Assembly: GCA_963822405.1 (NCBI GenBank)
Contig: CAWGHH010000005.1
Span: 39,439 to 103,438, forward strand
DNA from: Candidatus Uhrbacteria bacterium
GTDB lineage: Bacteria; Patescibacteriota; Patescibacteriia; UBA9934
DNA: 64,000 nt
Direction: 5' to 3'
Positions 60,801 to 64,000 of this stretch are shown here, piece by piece; the first letter of the stretch is position 1, and each line of letters opens with the position of its first letter. Below the pieces are notes generated by a model. The model was not told the DNA's origin. It did no database searches and saw only the letters and a program-made list of their open reading frames with translations. Both the position numbers and the translations under genes were made by a program.

Positions 60801-61181
60801 CGCCGACCGTTCCAGGACACACAAACTTACTACACGCACTACAGTTCCTTCAGCAACGTCCGCACAGTAACTGACGCCACGCTCAGCACGCTCACTATGG
60901 GCAAGCCAATGTTGCCAAAGGCTGGAGTAATACTGGTCAAAATCGTTTCCGATCCACGTGTTTATGCCCTCCAGACAAGCTATGACGGCTTGCATGAAAC
61001 CTTGCTCCGTTGGATCCCAAGCGAGACAGTCGCTCAGACTCTCTACGGTGCATCATGGGCTGACTACGTGATTGACATCCCTTCCACGCTCTACACTCAC
61101 TTCGGTGCCGGTTCAGACATGACTAGCTCTGACACAGTTGACCGCGGTGGTATGCAAACCCGCGCTCATGTGAATCGATAG
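57891..61181 (+). CDS. Large secreted Thr/Ala-rich surface protein with Ig-like repeats
   Basis: Signal peptide; repeated DGAxPV and WDxTxPTIxSVT modules; C-terminal domain shared with 45343..45891. Confidence 0.85.
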   Translation: MHQASTFRLARTRSIISAVIVLFAITSSVFLTKTSPALAAAGDGASSGITLQDTNANGKLDQIIFNVANPNGETWRLQGAMPYGLVVTQGGADITITGVTLTTAATAPSVGVQVSLSEGDADLLVNTDSVVGNAMELSYAQVTWATCDVGATPSICDAIDEELNAIATGDGAGAVNTEIDGAKPVLISMNMGVVSNINVLRFIYSESMTVTDGASTTTKGDITAAGVVAGFGTFVTAGTPGNVTVPTIKNTISGSGSTQLTVSLAAQNGGFMYSTSTTEPSGVFTPVDSAQVTDSALTPLHVNVAGTPTVSGGGTWDLTRPTITSVTLGDVATTPNGKVDQATLVFNSNMRDSSLTSADAALGGGAGTFDTLSANDATTVFNITADTLATNTSATAAQFTYSAATTPITDLAGNLLVTADDLTIAAGDIVETDGAAPVLTAVDVNIVDGADTIELHYSEPIQVSNGGAFSTVSVVSSATLGAMTTAKTLENIATFNGASDMTASIATGNSLLVTNTSSTGLLQIEMNQAGTGAYFSAGTTAPTTDTYTPLSDVTRIKDLVGIAVNASASPVVATVASAWDITKPTISSVTISDADADGRIDTATVVFNKAMNDSRFTNSNGSLGAGAGTFSTGVTPNDATTIFTLTSDTLAVNTSATAAQFGYSAVTTKLADLLGNLVNTAVDGAVADADIVETDGASPVVVSVSPANGTTGVIRTSQSLVITFSEAMNTTFAEATQFTITPDPTGSQTAVWSVGNTIATIALPTLTASQLYAVTTAQATINAASGSPTVLVTTGPSTGDWSFTAAGTGSSSSSGSSSLSHSVMVNSPNGGQTYHAGELNSITWSSSNVSSVNLSYATSNTGTYTSIATGLASSGSYNWTVPNVSSTDVYIKVEGYDLNTLLATDVSDSALTIIGTVVVPAPTAPQNQPSTGTGVSPFTGLPEVINVVTAGDVLRGEHYSTVYYIDSSMKRRPFQDTQTYYTHYSSFSNVRTVTDATLSTLTMGKPMLPKAGVILVKIVSDPRVYALQTSYDGLHETLLRWIPSETVAQTLYGASWADYVIDIPSTLYTHFGAGSDMTSSDTVDRGGMQTRAHVNR

Positions 61182-61186
61182 TTAAT

Positions 61187-61287
61187 AAACAAAAGTGACC
61201 GATCGCGAGGAAATGCCAGGAGGTAACTTGCCCGTAGGCTTAGCCGAGGGTCCGACTCCATTTCTGAACAACCGGTCACTTTTGTTT
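61187..61287. repeat. Structured element, family D, copy 1
   Basis: Outer stem AAACAAAAGTGACCG/CGGTCACTTTTGTTT enclosing GGAAATGCCAGGAGGTAA-[24 nt]-TCCGACTCCATTTC. Confidence 0.75.
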
Positions 61288-61317
61288 TCCAGGGATAATC
61301 CCGTATACTCAGCTCAT

Positions 61318-61941
61318 ATGACCCCCTTTCGACAGATAATCTCCCCAGTTCTCATGAGTGTGATCGGAATCGCCCTTGGCTATGTCTTGGCGCAAAAGCC
61401 AAGCACGTCACCGAGCATTCCAAATGCAGTTGAAGGCTGGCAGTCTTACACGGACGCCACAAATGGTTTTACTCTCAACTTCCCCCTCGCCGAGACACAG
61501 CGTCCTTTTAATGGCGAGCCGACTACTGACCTCGCAAAAGGCCAAGTGTCGCTCCCTGACGCAGTGGGTAATAAAGAAAGGTGGCTAGAAGTCTCCGTGC
61601 TCAACGCCGATAGCACACATCTAGATAACAATAAATGTTTTATTATCAACGACGAACAAAAAACCAATAACCGATTCTTTGATAGTCGAAGATTTTGTCA
61701 GTCAATTTCCGAGGAAGGCGCAGCTGGCAGTACATACAGAACCGATATTTATACGACCAAAATTGGTGATAACTACGCCGTCCTCAAGTTCACTTCCCGC
61801 CACACTAATGACGTCCACGTCTATGGAGACTGCGAACAAGACATGGATCTAGCTAAGCCCCTCTGTCAGAACTATGCTTTCGATCCTATCCGCGATCTAA
61901 AACTCTTTGACGATATCGCAGCCACTTTAACCGTAAAATAA
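61318..61941 (+). CDS. Membrane-anchored extracellular protein (PsbP-like)
   Basis: N-terminal TM, WQSYTD..NGFTLNFP, EGAAGSTY. Confidence 0.7.
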   Translation: MTPFRQIISPVLMSVIGIALGYVLAQKPSTSPSIPNAVEGWQSYTDATNGFTLNFPLAETQRPFNGEPTTDLAKGQVSLPDAVGNKERWLEVSVLNADSTHLDNNKCFIINDEQKTNNRFFDSRRFCQSISEEGAAGSTYRTDIYTTKIGDNYAVLKFTSRHTNDVHVYGDCEQDMDLAKPLCQNYAFDPIRDLKLFDDIAATLTVK

Positions 61942-61955
61942 CCCTCGCCATAAAG

Positions 61956-62037
61956 GAAACCAAAAAAACAACCTTTCAAGGAAATGCCAGGAGGTAATCC
62001 GACTCCATTTCCGAGAGAGGTTGTTCTTTTGGTTTTC
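61956..62037. repeat. Structured element, family D, copy 2
   Basis: Different outer stem enclosing GGAAATGCCAGGAGGTAATCCGACTCCATTTCC. Confidence 0.75.
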
Positions 62038-62042
62038 AAACC

Positions 62043-62255
62043 TTACTTCTTCTTCGCGCTACAGCATCCGCACATCCCTCCCATGAGCTTCATGAGTCCG
62101 ATGATGATCAAACCTATTGGCCAAATCATGGCCACGGTTGCTGCCGGAAGTGTGCCGGTGGCTTGAAGTAAAAACGCAACACCGATCAGGATGATAATAA
62201 TCGGCTTAATCTTGTGATGCGGACAGGCACACATACCTCCTTCCATGTTACACAT
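62043..62255 (-). CDS. Small 2-TM Cys-rich membrane protein (DUF5668-like)
   Basis: CACPHH, two TM helices, WPIGLIIIGL, CGCC. Confidence 0.65.
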   Translation of the reverse strand: MCNMEGGMCACPHHKIKPIIIILIGVAFLLQATGTLPAATVAMIWPIGLIIIGLMKLMGGMCGCCSAKKK

Positions 62256-62350
62256 AGAAAATATAGTAAAGAATTAGCCTCAACTATTATACCCCCGCTT
62301 CCCGCTTGCCCACCCGCCTATCCCATGCTAACCTATGGCTCGAAACTTGT

Positions 62351-62426
<76 letters not shown>

Positions 62427-62558
62427 CAAAGCACTTCTCGTCAATTCGAGGAGTTTTTTGTTTGATTAAATTTTTTCTGTAAATAGAAAAGCCCCGCACT
62501 GAGAGCGACGTCCCGAATGGGATCAGTCGAGCTCACACGGGGCGATACCTTCTGCCGA

Positions 62559-63131
62559 CTACCGCTTTGCGGTGCGCAGATGGCTGAAGTAGAGTTTTGC
62601 CGGTTGGTTGCTGCTAATCTCGAGAATCTTTTCCATTCGTTCATTACTGACGAGACCGAGTTTTCGGCCGACGATGACGCACAGCATCTCGTCGAACAGC
62701 GGAAAACCAGGGAAAGCCGAGCAAGAGAAGATCATGTCCTCTATACCCGGGTATCCACAGTAAATTGCTCCAGCCTCGACCCGCTCTCCCTCAGTATCCG
62801 ACCGCCAGGGGTTTCCGTGGGGATCCAAGTGGATTTGCACACTTGAATTACGGAAGGGATCGTTCGCTAGTAACCTCAGTTTGTCATGGGCGTTCGTGAC
62901 CACTATCTTTATATGATCCCACCTTCCGGTATTGCCGAACGCGAAGCCGACGATCGGACAAGGAACACACATAGGTTCCGGCGGTCTGCCGAAAACGAAC
63001 CAGCCACCGTCTGATTCCGAGCCCGCTTTCTTAGCGAGCGGAACGACAATCCTAGCCGTCTCCTCAACAAGCAAAGAGAGAATCTCTGTCGCACGAACAA
63101 TTGAGCATGACATCAATTCTGCGTCTTGCAC
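62559..63131 (-). CDS. Hypothetical protein (orphan next to tRNA-Thr)
   Basis: GGAGGT SD before GTG. Confidence 0.55.
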   Translation of the reverse strand: MQDAELMSCSIVRATEILSLLVEETARIVVPLAKKAGSESDGGWFVFGRPPEPMCVPCPIVGFAFGNTGRWDHIKIVVTNAHDKLRLLANDPFRNSSVQIHLDPHGNPWRSDTEGERVEAGAIYCGYPGIEDMIFSCSAFPGFPLFDEMLCVIVGRKLGLVSNERMEKILEISSNQPAKLYFSHLRTAKR

Positions 63132-63231
63132 GGTACCTCCAAATCAAAGCTAAATGTGAGCGCCAATACACACACTACAAATGTTCGGAACGACAAAAAC
63201 ACTAACAGAAAAAATTCATGAGAGCAAACAA

Positions 63232-63852
63232 TTACAAAAGTAATGAAAGTTTATCAAAAATTCTTTGATACACCTCTTCTGCCGTCCCAGTCGCATCAAC
63301 AACCTCCCACTTATCCTTGAAAAGCGGGTGCTCGGCGAGAGTTTTATAGCCCTCCGCACAACGAGCATGAAAATCAGCCGGCATGGTTTCGAATTTATCA
63401 CCTGGAGCATCAAATGTTCGTTTGAGTGAGATCGAGGGGTCAACTCGAAGCTCAAGGAACATGTCAGGTATTAGTCCTTCAATAGCTGGACGGTTGATTT
63501 CAAGGATCTTTTCGAGCCCTAACCCTCGACCAAAACCCTGCCAGGCAATACTCGTTGCAAAGCTACGGTCAGCAACAACTATGCCCCCGTGAGCAAGAAC
63601 AGGCGCAACAACAGCACGCAAGGACTGAGCTCTAGCGGACGCGTAAAGATACGCCTCGCACACAGGGTCCATCACCTCTTCAAACGGCGTGGCTTGCGCC
63701 AGAAGTCGAATAGCCTCCGCAATAGCACTTCCGCCTGGTTCACGAGTCCACAAGACCTCCCTACCCGGATACCGCTTTTTCAACTCATCCACAAGGCGTG
63801 TTGATTGGGTAGTTTTCCCTGAACCTAATAGACCTTCAAAGACTATGTACAT
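63232..63852 (-). CDS. tmk: Thymidylate kinase
   Basis: IVFEG..GSGKTTQ, TREPGG, ARAQ, DRS..SIAWQGFGRG. Confidence 0.95.
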   Translation of the reverse strand: MYIVFEGLLGSGKTTQSTRLVDELKKRYPGREVLWTREPGGSAIAEAIRLLAQATPFEEVMDPVCEAYLYASARAQSLRAVVAPVLAHGGIVVADRSFATSIAWQGFGRGLGLEKILEINRPAIEGLIPDMFLELRVDPSISLKRTFDAPGDKFETMPADFHARCAEGYKTLAEHPLFKDKWEVVDATGTAEEVYQRIFDKLSLLL

Positions 63853-63887
63853 ATATTATAATCTGCTTCGTTTGATATACTATCCGC

Positions 63888-64000
63888 ATGGCAACAATTA
63901 ATCAGATCCAAACTCTATCCGTGATCGAATGGTACACAATCAAAGAATTGAGCGCGAGAGAAATAGCTGACAAACTCAACATCGGACTAGATGCGGTCTA
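63888..64000 (+). CDS. Helix-turn-helix protein, 5' fragment
   Basis: MATINQ...WY..KELSAREIADKLNIGLDAV; runs off the window end. Confidence 0.55.
   Translation, partial: MATINQIQTLSVIEWYTIKELSAREIADKLNIGLDAV

Overview
Bacterial chromosomal window with the compact gene content typical of Patescibacteria/CPR (inferred; standard code 11). Housekeeping genes include murI, secA, murC, hpf, murB, glyA, folD, dnaB, recR, rplU, a Clp ATPase, tgt, rpmB, HU, htrA, gpsA, pyrH and tmk, plus tRNA-Trp and tRNA-Thr. The main result is a complete diversity-generating retroelement (DGR) at about 35.5-38.3 kb. It has an RT, an Avd, a 117-bp template repeat and a target gene whose variable repeat differs from the template at 14 positions, all of them template adenines. 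Its layout is unusual: avd is inverted, sits between TR and RT, and overlaps TR in antisense. The target's promoter is duplicated (44/45 nt) in front of a second orphan gene 14 kb away. Other signals are a DUF559 nuclease bracketed by inverted REP-like repeats, several dispersed palindromic repeat families, a terpene cyclase/prenyltransferase-like fusion, a gtr-like glycosylation cassette next to tRNA-Trp, and a junction that truncates two genes. Frameshifts and substitutions concentrated at GGNCC sites are probably sequencing artefacts. All assignments come from reading motifs by eye; no database search was run.
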